Below, piece after piece: positions 35,832 through 45,859 of a DNA stretch of 64,000 nucleotides. Under the pieces are notes generated by a model. The model worked only from the letters and a program-made list of their open reading frames with translations. It was not told the origin of the DNA and did not search any database. The position numbers and the translations under genes were made by a program. Numbering within the stretch: the first letter of the stretch is position 1; each line of letters begins with the position of its first letter. Origin of the DNA: a virus; the IMG/VR virus record IMGVR_UViG_3300023174_000057, positions 64,001 to 128,000 of that record; one strand, written 5' to 3'.

Positions 35832-37775
35832 ATGGAACGAACAGACCTGACGCCCGAGATTCTCCGTGACCTGTACCTCACCCAGCGGTTGACCGAGGGG
35901 GAGATCGCAGAGCGGTTCGGCACCTATCAGGTGAGGGTCAACCGTCTGCGGAAGCAGTGGGGCATCCCCACGGTGAGCAAAGCCGAGAGGCTGGACCTCC
36001 CGCCGTTGACCCCCGAGCAGCACCAGCTTCTCATCGGGTCACTTCTTGGGGACGGTCACATGGCGGCGACGAGCGCCACGTCAGCCCGGTTCAACGAGAG
36101 CCACTGCGCCGACCAAGAGGAGTACCTCCTCTGGAAGTCCAGCATCTTGGGCGTCTATGTGTCCTCGACCACGGCGACCCGAAAGGCGAACAAGACTTCG
36201 GGCGGCACCTATCACGGCAAGGCGTTCACCACGCACAGTTGCACGCAGCTTCGCCCCTACTATGACCTGTTCTATCCCGCCCCAGATAGGAAGCGCGTGT
36301 TCCCGTGGACTCTCCCCAAGGAGATGACGCCGCTGGTGTTGGCGGTGTGGTACATGGATGATGGGGGTCTAGCGAACAGGTATCACCCTCGTATCGCCTT
36401 CGGGCTCAGTGACTTGAGTCTGGACCGGGCCATGAGGGCGCTCCGAAAGCTGGGTCTGAAGGCCACTCTGACGGGGGACACCTCGCAGGACATGATGATC
36501 GGGTTCCCCGGTCAGTCTGACAAGTTCTTTGACCTCATCCGCCCGCACGTCCCCCCGTGCATGGCGCGAAAGCTCCCCGTGGAGTCCGAGCGTCGGGAGC
36601 TCGACCGGAACGCCCGGAGGCTCACCCCGGAGAGGGTGGCCGAGTTGTACACCGGGGGGATGTCGCTCACGGACATCAGCGTCGTCCACGACGTGGGGCG
36701 GGGGACGGTTCTGCGACGGCTGCGAAGCTCTGGGGTCTCGTCGCGGCCTATGGGCAGACCCCGGAAGGAGTACACCGTCAGGACGGCGCGGATAGCCCTT
36801 GGGAACTACACCCCCAAGGTGTGGGCGACGCTATCCGACGAGGACAAGGCGCGATGGGTGGACGAGATCTACGCCATCTTGGTTCACGCGCCCTTCCCCT
36901 ACCCGGAGATCCCAGATAACCACCAGCGGGAGCTCGCGCGGACCCGTGACCACAAGCTCTCTGTCGTGGACGGCTGGCTTCGACCGTGGTCGCCCGTGGG
37001 GAACAACCTGTGCTCGCCGTTCTTCCCCAACAGGTACAAGGCCCAATGGAAAGGGGCGAGGTCAGCCTTTGAGGCGTGGCATCGTGAGAAGACCCTCCGG
37101 TGGGCTATTCGCTTCCAGCTTGACCAAGGTGACCCCGTGCTGCCTCACCGGGTGCTGCGCGCCATCACGATGCAGCACCGGACGCCTTCGGTGTTTCGCC
37201 CCACGGTGGCCCGATGGGTCTACCAGACGTACTGCCCACCGGGTGGCGCGGTGTGGGACCCTTGTTCCGGCTACGGGGGCCGTCTCATGGGGGCTCATCT
37301 CGCGGGGGTGAAGTACACGGGCACGGATGTGGACCCCGAGACCGTGGCAGGGAATCAGCGTCTTGCCAAGTTCTTGGGCTCTGACGCGACGGTGGTTCAG
37401 TGCCCTGCTGAAGCGTTCACTCCACCCAGTGACCTCGACCTCGTGTTCACATCCCCGCCCTACTTCGACCGCGAGAGGTACTCGCAGGAGGAGGGTCAAT
37501 CGTGGAAGCAGCACGGGAGCTCGCTGGACGTGTGGCTCGACGGGTTTTTGGTGCCCGTGGTCCGCTCCGCTTTGAAGTCTCTCAAGCCGGGGTGCCCGTT
37601 GATCCTCAACGTGGCAGACTTGAAAGAGCGCAGTGGGATCGTGCCCCTTGTCGAGGGCGTGATTCGTACCGCCGTCCGTGAGGGCTTCACGCACGACCAC
37701 ACGGTCCAGATGCCGCTGGCGAAGCTCAATCGAGGTGATGCGTCGGAGCCCATGCTGGTCTTTCGCTCTCGGTAG
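35832..37775 (+). CDS. HTH + LAGLIDADG endonuclease + amino-DNA methyltransferase fusion
   Basis: LIGSLLGDG and LAVWYMDDG; SAM motif VWDPCSGYGGR; catalytic FTSPPY. Confidence 0.85.
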   Translation: MERTDLTPEILRDLYLTQRLTEGEIAERFGTYQVRVNRLRKQWGIPTVSKAERLDLPPLTPEQHQLLIGSLLGDGHMAATSATSARFNESHCADQEEYLLWKSSILGVYVSSTTATRKANKTSGGTYHGKAFTTHSCTQLRPYYDLFYPAPDRKRVFPWTLPKEMTPLVLAVWYMDDGGLANRYHPRIAFGLSDLSLDRAMRALRKLGLKATLTGDTSQDMMIGFPGQSDKFFDLIRPHVPPCMARKLPVESERRELDRNARRLTPERVAELYTGGMSLTDISVVHDVGRGTVLRRLRSSGVSSRPMGRPRKEYTVRTARIALGNYTPKVWATLSDEDKARWVDEIYAILVHAPFPYPEIPDNHQRELARTRDHKLSVVDGWLRPWSPVGNNLCSPFFPNRYKAQWKGARSAFEAWHREKTLRWAIRFQLDQGDPVLPHRVLRAITMQHRTPSVFRPTVARWVYQTYCPPGGAVWDPCSGYGGRLMGAHLAGVKYTGTDVDPETVAGNQRLAKFLGSDATVVQCPAEAFTPPSDLDLVFTSPPYFDRERYSQEEGQSWKQHGSSLDVWLDGFLVPVVRSALKSLKPGCPLILNVADLKERSGIVPLVEGVIRTAVREGFTHDHTVQMPLAKLNRGDASEPMLVFRSR

Positions 37776-37804
37776 CGGTGAGTTGCCTATAGGTGCCCAC
37801 GGGC

Positions 37805-38119
37805 ATGAAGCACCTCCTTGCCGTTCTCTTCGTTCTCGCCGCTGGTTGTGGGGACACTACACCCCCCGCCGACGCCACGCTCGACCAGACCGTCGAGGCG
37901 TCCGTGGACGCGACCTCCGAGGCGTCCGTGGACGCCCCCGTGGTTGACGTGACCGCTGATGCCCCCGTGGTGGTGGACGCCGCTGGTATGGACGTTGTCG
38001 AGGCATCCGTGGACGCTGCTGTCGTCGAAGCGTCCGTCGAAGCGTCCGTAGACGTGGCGGTTGATGTGGCTACGGATTCCCGTTCTGACACGTCCGTCAA
38101 TTCCGACGCTCGTGACTGA
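37805..38119 (+). CDS. Lipoprotein with Asp-Ala-Val low-complexity repeats
   Basis: MKHLLAVLFVLAAG|C lipobox; repeated VDA/EASVD. Confidence 0.75.
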   Translation: MKHLLAVLFVLAAGCGDTTPPADATLDQTVEASVDATSEASVDAPVVDVTADAPVVVDAAGMDVVEASVDAAVVEASVEASVDVAVDVATDSRSDTSVNSDARD

Positions 38120-38143
38120 GTCCTGTCTTTCTGGAGAGCTCCA

Positions 38144-38503
38144 ATGCGCGTCCCGAGAAACTCACACGTCGCTGCCGTCCGAGCCGCCCGGGCAACGTCG
38201 TTCAACCGCCCCCTGATGACCCCTTCCGTGGTCGAAGCCCCGGTGGCCGTCGTCGCCGTTGAGGCCCCCGTCGTCGAGGCTCCGGTGGTAGTCGATGCCC
38301 CCGTCGTCGAAGCTCCGGTGGTGGTTGAGGTGCCTCCTGTCGAGGCACCCGTGGTCGAGGAAGCGCCCGTGGTCGAAGCCGCTCCCGAGGCACCCGTGGC
38401 CGAAGAGGCCCCCGCCCCGGTAAAGAAGACCCGCAAGCGCAAGACCGAGGTGGTCGAGGCTCCCGTCGAGGAGACCCCTGCCTCTTTTCTTGAATTTACC
38501 TGA
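38144..38503 (+). CDS. Low-complexity VEAP-repeat protein
   Basis: GGAG SD; (V)VEAP repeats; KKTRKRK patch. Confidence 0.65.
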   Translation: MRVPRNSHVAAVRAARATSFNRPLMTPSVVEAPVAVVAVEAPVVEAPVVVDAPVVEAPVVVEVPPVEAPVVEEAPVVEAAPEAPVAEEAPAPVKKTRKRKTEVVEAPVEETPASFLEFT

Positions 38504-38541
38504 TGGCTCTTGGGCGGTACGGTATCGCCCGAGGAGTCACT

Positions 38542-39786
38542 ATGGCTGAGTTTCAACTGGTCGCGGGCAACTTCCACTCGTTCCGCGCCACCGTGCGCTT
38601 CCATCTTGGGAAGATCCAACAGGACGTTCACAAGGATGATGTCGTCGAGTTCGACGGCACCACCTTGAAGCTGGGTGGTGTGTCCCACGCCCTTCCCGAG
38701 CTCCGCAGCGCGATCAAGGCCGGGTGGCTCTCCCCTGTCGCATCGAGCGTTGCTGACTACGTCCCGCAGTCCGCGAACGTGAAGGTTCGCGCCGCGATGG
38801 ACAAGGACAAGGGCAAGACTGTCTCCACCGAGGTCCAGCAGGACGAGACGTTCGTCGGAAGTGCCCGCAAAGCGAGCACCACGGACGGGGTGAAGATCGA
38901 GTCCAAGAAGTTCAACGCGACGGTCGTGAAGGACACCGAGGGTGACGGTCGCACGGTGGGTCCGTCCACCAAGAAGACTGTCCCCACGGGCGGGGAGTCC
39001 TCCGAGGGGGAGACTGTCGCCAAGCTCAAGACCGCCGCTAAGAAGAGCTTCACGCTGGATGGCAGCACCAGCATGAACGCGGACAGCGACGCGGGCACTG
39101 ACGTGACGGGCGTGGTCGAGCACCTCAAGGGGGTCACCCCCAAGGTTACTTCCAGCGCCGACGACGATGAGATTTCCCGTGAGGGTCAGTCCAGCGATGG
39201 TGGCAAGGTCATCGCCAACGTGAAGACCGCCGCGAAGCGGAAGGTCACCCTCACGGACGTGAACTCCGTGGACCGAGAGATCAACAACCTCGACAACCGC
39301 ACGAGGGCGGCACTCGCCCCCAAGGGCAAGCGAGACATCGCGGCCCTTGCGGGGGACACCCTTGAGGAAGTGGTCCCGGCGAATGAGCCCGAGAACCGTG
39401 GGCGGATGCTGGCCGAGCAAGCCAAGGCGCAGCGTCTCGCGGCCCTCAAGGCCAAGGAGGCCCTTCCCGTCGCGGAGATCGAAGCTGATGCTCCCGAGGA
39501 GGGTGACATCCCCGAGAACCACTGGAAGGCCCCCGTGAAGGCGGCGAACGCGACCCCCCCGGCGAAGGTGGCGGCGAAGCCCCCCAAGTCGGTCGAGGAT
39601 TTCGCCGTGAACGGCGACGAACTGGAGCTCGCCCCGGGCGTGAGGTGGAACAAGAAGCTCCACTGGAAGACCCGTGTGAAGGAAGCCCTCCAGTACAGGG
39701 ACCGTCCCGAGGTGCTCAACCTCATCCGGGGTTACGAGGTGCCGTCTGTGACCAAGGCCATCGACGACGCCCTCGTGGCGAAGTGA
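38542..39786 (+). CDS. Hypothetical late protein
   Basis: GAGGAG SD; internal repeats GETVAKLKTAAKK and GKVIANVKTAAKR. Confidence 0.7.
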   Translation: MAEFQLVAGNFHSFRATVRFHLGKIQQDVHKDDVVEFDGTTLKLGGVSHALPELRSAIKAGWLSPVASSVADYVPQSANVKVRAAMDKDKGKTVSTEVQQDETFVGSARKASTTDGVKIESKKFNATVVKDTEGDGRTVGPSTKKTVPTGGESSEGETVAKLKTAAKKSFTLDGSTSMNADSDAGTDVTGVVEHLKGVTPKVTSSADDDEISREGQSSDGGKVIANVKTAAKRKVTLTDVNSVDREINNLDNRTRAALAPKGKRDIAALAGDTLEEVVPANEPENRGRMLAEQAKAQRLAALKAKEALPVAEIEADAPEEGDIPENHWKAPVKAANATPPAKVAAKPPKSVEDFAVNGDELELAPGVRWNKKLHWKTRVKEALQYRDRPEVLNLIRGYEVPSVTKAIDDALVAK

Positions 39787-39822
39787 TCACCGTTTTCTAG
39801 CCTTTCACGCGGGGGTTGAGAG

Positions 39823-40548
39823 ATGTCCTCCCCTCGCAAAGCCTCCAGCCAAGTGTCGTGGTCGCTCCTCACCGAAGGGGTGACGCAAGCCCGCATCGAG
39901 GCGCACCGGGTCCGCCTGTTGGTGGACCGTGCGATGACCCTCGTGGAGACTTCTGTTGCCAAGGATCACCTCTGGCAGGTGGGAGGGGACATCATCCAAG
40001 GGCTCCCGCAGCGCCTCTCCGAGCTTGAGCGCGCCCTCGACCGCACGAACTACGCCCTCGTCGTGATGGGCGAGGAGTTCTTGCGGGGGCGCATCGGCAT
40101 CGACGACCGCACCGAGGTGGACGAGGCCATCAAGACGCACCCCTACGCGGGCGTTCGTGAGAAGCAGGACTCCGTCGCGGCCCGTGTCGCCACCCGCTAC
40201 CTCCGGGCGCAGTTCGGTGCCGGGGCGGCTCCGAGCGCCGAGCACTGGTTCTTCGACAACCCCGAGAAGCGTGAGACTCGCGAGTTCGCGGAGACCGGGG
40301 CGCTCTCCAACCTCCCCCCCACGGCTGCGAAGGCCGTGAAGGAGTTCGCGGCTCCCGACCGTTCGGTGAGCGAGGCCAAGCAGGAGGCCAAGATCGCCCC
40401 GCCGCCGCCCCTCAAGATCGAGAAGAAGCCGGGGGGGAAACAGTTCAGCACCCTCAACCGTTTCCTCGTCGAGACCGAGCAGCCCAAGGCGGGCAAGAAG
40501 GTCCCGCAGGGGCGTGAGGACATCCCCAAGGCCAAGAAGGTGCTCTGA
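39823..40548 (+). CDS. Hypothetical protein with internal RVATRYL tag
   Basis: ORF; motif. Confidence 0.7.
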   Translation: MSSPRKASSQVSWSLLTEGVTQARIEAHRVRLLVDRAMTLVETSVAKDHLWQVGGDIIQGLPQRLSELERALDRTNYALVVMGEEFLRGRIGIDDRTEVDEAIKTHPYAGVREKQDSVAARVATRYLRAQFGAGAAPSAEHWFFDNPEKRETREFAETGALSNLPPTAAKAVKEFAAPDRSVSEAKQEAKIAPPPPLKIEKKPGGKQFSTLNRFLVETEQPKAGKKVPQGREDIPKAKKVL

Positions 40549-41117
40549 TGCCCTCCTCGTCTGGCGAGCCCGATGACCTGTACGTCATCAAAGCTGGGGA
40601 CAAGCTCACGGCCACGGCGGGACCGCTCATGCGTGCGTCCGGGTGGCGCGCGGGGCAGTGGGTCCGTTACGTCGAGCCCCAAGTCCCGCCCGTGTCCGAG
40701 TACACCGTCGAGAAGTCGGACGGGGTGATGGCGGCTGGGATTCTCATGTACGGGTCGGAAAACTACTCCAACCCCCGCGTCTCGACCTACCGCAACTACA
40801 CCAGCTACCAGAACGCCTCGTCGTTCATGGCGGTGAGCGCGGGCTCCAGCGTGGTGACGATCCTCGTGAACGGTGGGCGTTACCTCACGCTCATGTACGA
40901 GACGATCTCTCTCGACGCCTTCGGTGTGAGGGCTGGGCCTCCAGCGGTGTACACGATCAACGAGTTCCTCAAGGTCAGCGAGAACGGGCTCCTGTGCAAC
41001 GACCCCGACGCGCTGCTACTCATTGCCACAGGGGGAACCGACGTGATCACGGCGGGCGTGTGCTCGCGCATCCCAACCCCCAACAACGCCCAACTGGGTC
41101 TGGACCTCAAGTTCTGA
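40548..41117 (+). CDS. Putative structural protein, possibly a paralog of the decoration protein
   Basis: TGATG overlap; YETI...LKVSENGLL resembles YETQ...LVASQNGYL of 34036-34734. Confidence 0.6.
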   Translation: MPSSSGEPDDLYVIKAGDKLTATAGPLMRASGWRAGQWVRYVEPQVPPVSEYTVEKSDGVMAAGILMYGSENYSNPRVSTYRNYTSYQNASSFMAVSAGSSVVTILVNGGRYLTLMYETISLDAFGVRAGPPAVYTINEFLKVSENGLLCNDPDALLLIATGGTDVITAGVCSRIPTPNNAQLGLDLKF

Positions 41118-42670
41118 TGGCACGCACCCCGGACACCACAGAGCTCGTTGACCGAATCCTCGCCCGTGCGCGGATCGCGGACTACCGCGCTCCCGTGAAC
41201 GAGTTGTCGGGTGTTCGCACCTACCCGAGCGAGAAGCCCAGCAAGGGGATCGAGACGCCCAGCGGGGACTCGATCCATCACTCTCCCGGTGAGTCCCCAA
41301 GGGCCGACCGCGACCGTGCGGCCCCGATGCGCCCCGGCCAGAAGGACGAGCTCCTCCAGAAGACCCCCGCCAACGTGGTCTTCAACACCCCCGGCCCGTC
41401 GAGCCAGAACGACGGGCAGAAGATCCACGTCCGCACCCCCGGCGAGCGCGGTGAGGACTACGGCCACCCCTTCAAGCTGAACGTCACCCCTCGACGGACG
41501 GCATCTGGGATCTACCCCTCCTACAGCGAGAAGCAGCGCGATCAGAGGGGCAAGGCCAAGGTCTACTACAAGCGGTACTACAAGCGCAACCGTGGGAAAA
41601 TCAAGGCTCGCGCCAAGCGCAACTACCTCCACAAGAAGAACAGCCCGAGCTTCAAGCGGAACAAGAAGTACCGCAACAGCAAGCAGTACGGCTGGCGGTT
41701 CAATCGCATCCCGTCCCGTGGGTACCGAGACCCTGCTGACCGCTCGCGGGACTACCGGGAGGTCAAGCGGGCTACGGTGGCCATCCCGTTCTACCACCCA
41801 AACTACGGGGAGGGCTTGGTCCTCGACGTGAGGGACCAAGACGTTCTCATTGAGCAGACGGACTCGATGGGCGGGGTGTATCTTGGAATCGGCACGGTGC
41901 CGTTCTTCACGTTCCTGCGCGGCGTTGAGTTCGACGACGAGGCGTCCATTGATGCCTTCTTCGACCTCGCAGACGCGGACTTCGACCGTGACGGCGGGGA
42001 CGACGGTGAGTCTCAGCGCCTCGCGACGTTCTACCGGGAGACGTTCCGGCCCGGGGACAACCTCGACCCGGGGCAGGGCGCTCAGAACTTGGGCGAGCCG
42101 TCTCCCGTGAACCCCTCCCTCCCGTACTACGACACGGATCACAACAGCCGCAAACCGGGCGAGGTGATGAACAACATCGGCCCGACCGACAACAACCCGG
42201 GCTCTGCCAAGGTGATCCCAGAGGGCCACGACTTTGAGAACCGCAAGGCCAGCGCCGTGCGTGTCGCCGCGAAGATGGCCGAGATCCTCCAAGGGATGGA
42301 CCCGGGTATTCGGTCACGCGCGCGAGGTGTCACACCCAAGATCAAGCGCAGTGATCCGGGCAACGTAGTCTACTCGTTCACGGTGCCGGGGAGCAAGGGG
42401 GAGTCCTACACCGTGAAGGTGAAGGGCGTCCCTTCGGGCAACGTGCGGACAATCAGCAAGATGGACTTGCGCCTGTCCTGCACCTGTAATTTCTGGCAGT
42501 GGCAGGGACCGGAGCACTGGGCCAAGGCGGGCGACTACCTGTTTGGCAAGCCCCTTGGAACGGCTTCGCGCCCCACGGAGAAAGACCCGGACGGTCGCAA
42601 CCGCCTGTGCAAGCACGCCGTGGCGGTGCTGGACCTGATCGGTCGCTGGCCCGCAGCGGGGAAGCGGTAA
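41117..42670 (+). CDS. Protein with highly basic tract and C-terminal SWIM-like zinc finger
   Basis: YYKRYYKRNRGKIKARAKR; LSCTCNFWQWQG...LCKHAVAVL. Confidence 0.7.
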   Translation: MARTPDTTELVDRILARARIADYRAPVNELSGVRTYPSEKPSKGIETPSGDSIHHSPGESPRADRDRAAPMRPGQKDELLQKTPANVVFNTPGPSSQNDGQKIHVRTPGERGEDYGHPFKLNVTPRRTASGIYPSYSEKQRDQRGKAKVYYKRYYKRNRGKIKARAKRNYLHKKNSPSFKRNKKYRNSKQYGWRFNRIPSRGYRDPADRSRDYREVKRATVAIPFYHPNYGEGLVLDVRDQDVLIEQTDSMGGVYLGIGTVPFFTFLRGVEFDDEASIDAFFDLADADFDRDGGDDGESQRLATFYRETFRPGDNLDPGQGAQNLGEPSPVNPSLPYYDTDHNSRKPGEVMNNIGPTDNNPGSAKVIPEGHDFENRKASAVRVAAKMAEILQGMDPGIRSRARGVTPKIKRSDPGNVVYSFTVPGSKGESYTVKVKGVPSGNVRTISKMDLRLSCTCNFWQWQGPEHWAKAGDYLFGKPLGTASRPTEKDPDGRNRLCKHAVAVLDLIGRWPAAGKR

Positions 42671-42679
42671 GGTCGCACC

Positions 42680-43060
42680 ATGCCAACGTACACCTACGTC
42701 TGCACGTCCTGCGAGAGCCCCTTTGAGCGGTTTCTCTCCATTACCCGATGCGACGAAGCACAGTCCTGTGAGTCGTGCGGCGCACCGGGGCGGAAGACCA
42801 TCTCGATGCCCAACTTCATCTTGAAGGGGGATGGCTGGACGGGCAAGAACATCAAGGTCGCGGGTCAGATGGCCGCGAAGAACCGTATCCTCGACAAGAA
42901 GCAGGAAGAGCGCAAGCGGGACGCTCCCGGTGTGCGCCTCGCGCCCAACGTGGACGGAGAGCGGGTGGACAACTGGGCCGACGCCCAGAAGCTCGCGGCG
43001 TCGAAGGGCAAGAACACCGAGAGCTACGACGCCAAGGTGCGTGAGGAGAAGGCCAAGTGA
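42680..43060 (+). CDS. FmdB-family zinc-ribbon protein
   Basis: MPTYTYVCTSCESPFE...CESCG...KTISMPNFILKGDGW. Confidence 0.8.
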   Translation: MPTYTYVCTSCESPFERFLSITRCDEAQSCESCGAPGRKTISMPNFILKGDGWTGKNIKVAGQMAAKNRILDKKQEERKRDAPGVRLAPNVDGERVDNWADAQKLAASKGKNTESYDAKVREEKAK

Positions 43061-43806
43061 CCCGTCAGCGAGAAATCCCTTCGGTCCTGTACCGACAGCC
43101 CAACTACATCAACATGACCTACCCGATCCTCCCCGGGGTGCCCAAGATCCGGGTGTCTGGGGCGGCGCGTCTGAACGACGCCTACGGGAACGTCGCTGGC
43201 GTCGGCGGTGGCGGTGCCCTCCCCATGTTCGAGGTTCTCTCGGGAGCCACCTTCGCTTCGCCCAGCGTGCGCGCCAAGAAGGTCCCGTTTGAGGACACGA
43301 ACCGGGGCGTGACCCGGATGATCTTCGACCCGGATGACTTCGCCACCCCGGCACAACCACCCGGCACGAGCTACCTCCCCACGGACGACCAGACGCTCTT
43401 CCTACGGGTCGAGACGTGGAACCCGGCACTGGGCGTGTGGAACCCGCCCGGTCCGATCACGATCATCCCCCCCTACGACTTCTTCACCACCAAGGAGCCC
43501 GTGTTCACCGTGACAGGGTTGGCTCCCAACATGGCCCTCGGCGCGTGGCCCGCTGGACTGCCCGACTTCATGCCCCCCTTGGTGATGAACTTCATGCTCC
43601 CGGCGTACAGCCAGACCATCTCGGTCGGCAACCTAGACGCGGGAAAGGTGCTGTTCACGGCGTTCCATCCCGGTATGCCCCCCACGGTGATCCTGCCCAG
43701 TACGGACATGGGTCTCACCGGGTCGGGCGTGCCTGAGTTCTTCGTCGGGTGCCCGGACGGGAACATCTGGTTCACGATCCGCATCGCCGTGGTCAACAGC
43801 GCCTAA
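43057..43806 (+). CDS. Putative structural protein
   Basis: GTGA overlap; Pro/Gly-rich. Confidence 0.65.
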   Translation: MTRQREIPSVLYRQPNYINMTYPILPGVPKIRVSGAARLNDAYGNVAGVGGGGALPMFEVLSGATFASPSVRAKKVPFEDTNRGVTRMIFDPDDFATPAQPPGTSYLPTDDQTLFLRVETWNPALGVWNPPGPITIIPPYDFFTTKEPVFTVTGLAPNMALGAWPAGLPDFMPPLVMNFMLPAYSQTISVGNLDAGKVLFTAFHPGMPPTVILPSTDMGLTGSGVPEFFVGCPDGNIWFTIRIAVVNSA

Positions 43807-43961
43807 GCCTCGGGGGCGGACCTCACCGTCATCTACGAGTGACCGTTCGCCCGCCCGTTTTCTCTTCTATCCCGTCACCGTAGGTAGGGCGGATTTCGTT
43901 CCCCCGCATGGATTGATCCCCGCCATGACAGGCGGAAACGAAACGAAACAGGAGACTCCCA

Positions 43962-44642
43962 ATGCCGTTCATCTGCCTCGCCCGTACCGACATCCCCGAC
44001 AGCACCCTTCAGGTCACGGACCTCTGGCCCAACAAGAGCCAGACCAACCCCGTGATCGACCCCCCGGCGGTCGGCCCGCTGTACATCAACGCGGTGACGA
44101 CCGCGACCGTGACCCTTAGCGGCGCGTTCGCCTTCACCAAGGCCATCGCGGGTCTCGCCGCTTACCTCGTCGCCAACGTGCAAGCGTTGGGCGCGGGCGG
44201 CGCGGCCCTCACCCCGACGCAAGCCAACGCGGCGGCGGCGGCGATCATCACCCGGATGCGCTCGGGTCTCCCCCTTGCTCTCGCGAACATCAACACCGTC
44301 CTCGTGGCGGCGGCGGGCGCGCTCACGGAGCTCACCGATGCGGGCGGCTCCGCCTCGACGGGTGTCGTGTCGGATGTCCTTCGCATCCTCGCGGGCATCG
44401 CCTACACCGTCCCGGCGGGCACCGACGTTGAGACGGCGGGCGTGTTCGCTCCGCAAGCGGGTGCGGCGGCGTGGAACGCGGCGAACTTCGCGGACCACAA
44501 GGACATCCTTCCGACGGACTCGTCGTTCTACCAGAGCCTCGCCTACGGCAAGATCGCTGGCTTCAAGGCCGCGACCTTCTCGTACGTCGGCGTGACGGGT
44601 GCGGCGATCACCGTGTATGACGACGCGGGCGGCGCGTACTAA
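43962..44642 (+). CDS. Putative abundant virion protein
   Basis: AGGAG SD; Ala-rich; strong codon bias; own CTATC motif at 43867. Confidence 0.7.
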   Translation: MPFICLARTDIPDSTLQVTDLWPNKSQTNPVIDPPAVGPLYINAVTTATVTLSGAFAFTKAIAGLAAYLVANVQALGAGGAALTPTQANAAAAAIITRMRSGLPLALANINTVLVAAAGALTELTDAGGSASTGVVSDVLRILAGIAYTVPAGTDVETAGVFAPQAGAAAWNAANFADHKDILPTDSSFYQSLAYGKIAGFKAATFSYVGVTGAAITVYDDAGGAY

Positions 44643-44654
44643 GGAAACAAGACC

Positions 44655-45134
44655 ATGACCGTCTACGCAGCCATCGGGGCTACAACCGCTTCCGCGCTCG
44701 GTTCCGCCGGGGCCTCCCCCGTAGCGGGACCCCGCGAGCTCCTTCACTTCGGACAGCCCAACATCGCGTTTGGTGACAACGCCACCCCCGCGCTCTCCAC
44801 CCCGGTGCAGATCCCGTTCTGCGGCGTCGCCGCCGTGACGGTGGGCGTCGCGGCGCTCCGTCCGGGTTCGCTGGTGGGCCTCTCGGTCAACCTCTCGGGT
44901 GCCGCTGCGGGTAGCAGCGCCATCTTCGGCGTGTACAAGAACGGCGTGATCTTCAACGCCGCCACCATCGTGACCCTCATCGCCACGGACACCAAGGAGC
45001 ACATCGCCTTCGAGGCGGGCTCCTACCCATTCGTGGCGGGTGACGTGATCGACGTTCGCGTCCGCACGGGCTCGGGCTGGTCGGCCACCACGGTGGACGC
45101 CGCCGTCCTCGTCGAGATCCAGACCTCCACCTGA
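44655..45134 (+). CDS. Putative virion protein
   Basis: AAGGA SD; beta-rich, FVAGDVIDVRV. Confidence 0.65.
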   Translation: MTVYAAIGATTASALGSAGASPVAGPRELLHFGQPNIAFGDNATPALSTPVQIPFCGVAAVTVGVAALRPGSLVGLSVNLSGAAAGSSAIFGVYKNGVIFNAATIVTLIATDTKEHIAFEAGSYPFVAGDVIDVRVRTGSGWSATTVDAAVLVEIQTST

Positions 45135-45186
45135 GATCCCCCGCCCCGCGCCATCACGGTAGGAAGGCTTTTACCCGCCTACCGCG

Positions 45187-45543
45187 ATGTCCACCGATGC
45201 CTACATCGGGAGCCCTTTCGTGTTCCAAGTTGGGTACTTGGACGACGCGGGTCAACCCATCACCGTTACGGGCGTGAACCTCACCCTGTTCGTGTTCGAC
45301 GCGAACACAGGCGTTCGCACCACTCTGGTTTCGGCGGCACCTATGGCTCCTATCGTGCCGCCGATGCCCAGCCGCTACTACTACGCCTATACGATCCCGC
45401 CTACGTTGGAAGACGGCACCCCGCTCTACGCGGAGTACCGAGCTACGAGCGTTCTCACGGGATTCGACGTGGTGGTTTCAGATACGCTGAACCTACACGC
45501 GAAGCCATCAGACCTCGGCCTACGCTCCCGGTTCGTGAGGTGA
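45187..45543 (+). CDS. Putative structural protein (Ig-like)
   Basis: ORF and context. Confidence 0.6.
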   Translation: MSTDAYIGSPFVFQVGYLDDAGQPITVTGVNLTLFVFDANTGVRTTLVSAAPMAPIVPPMPSRYYYAYTIPPTLEDGTPLYAEYRATSVLTGFDVVVSDTLNLHAKPSDLGLRSRFVR

Positions 45544-45779
45544 ACCCCGTGATCTGGCTCAAAGACTTTCGTATGGCAGGGTTTCTCATTTCTCGCGGGT
45601 TCCCCATGTCCGACATGAGGCTGGACGCGCGTGGGGACGTTGAGATTTCCTTCAACGACGAGGACCGCAAGGTTTCCGACTCCCTTCGCGAGTATCCGCA
45701 ATCCGTGGAGTTCAAGTACGATACGTCTTGCAAGGTCGTCCACGACCTCATTCGTCTCAAACTCAGGAATGGGCGATGA
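45540..45779 (+). CDS. Hypothetical protein
   Basis: GAGG SD; GTGA overlap. Confidence 0.55.
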   Translation: MNPVIWLKDFRMAGFLISRGFPMSDMRLDARGDVEISFNDEDRKVSDSLREYPQSVEFKYDTSCKVVHDLIRLKLRNGR

Positions 45780-45859
45780 ACCGCAAACAGCGCCGCGCGG
45801 CGGAAAAGTCCGCTCGCCGGTATCCATTCAAAACGCAACGCACAGGGGAAAGAAAAGTC

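Noticed and set aside
35832-37775. Intein in the methyltransferase
   Set aside because: No N-terminal Cys/Ser block A or C-terminal HN/C-S-T motif flanking the LAGLIDADG region.
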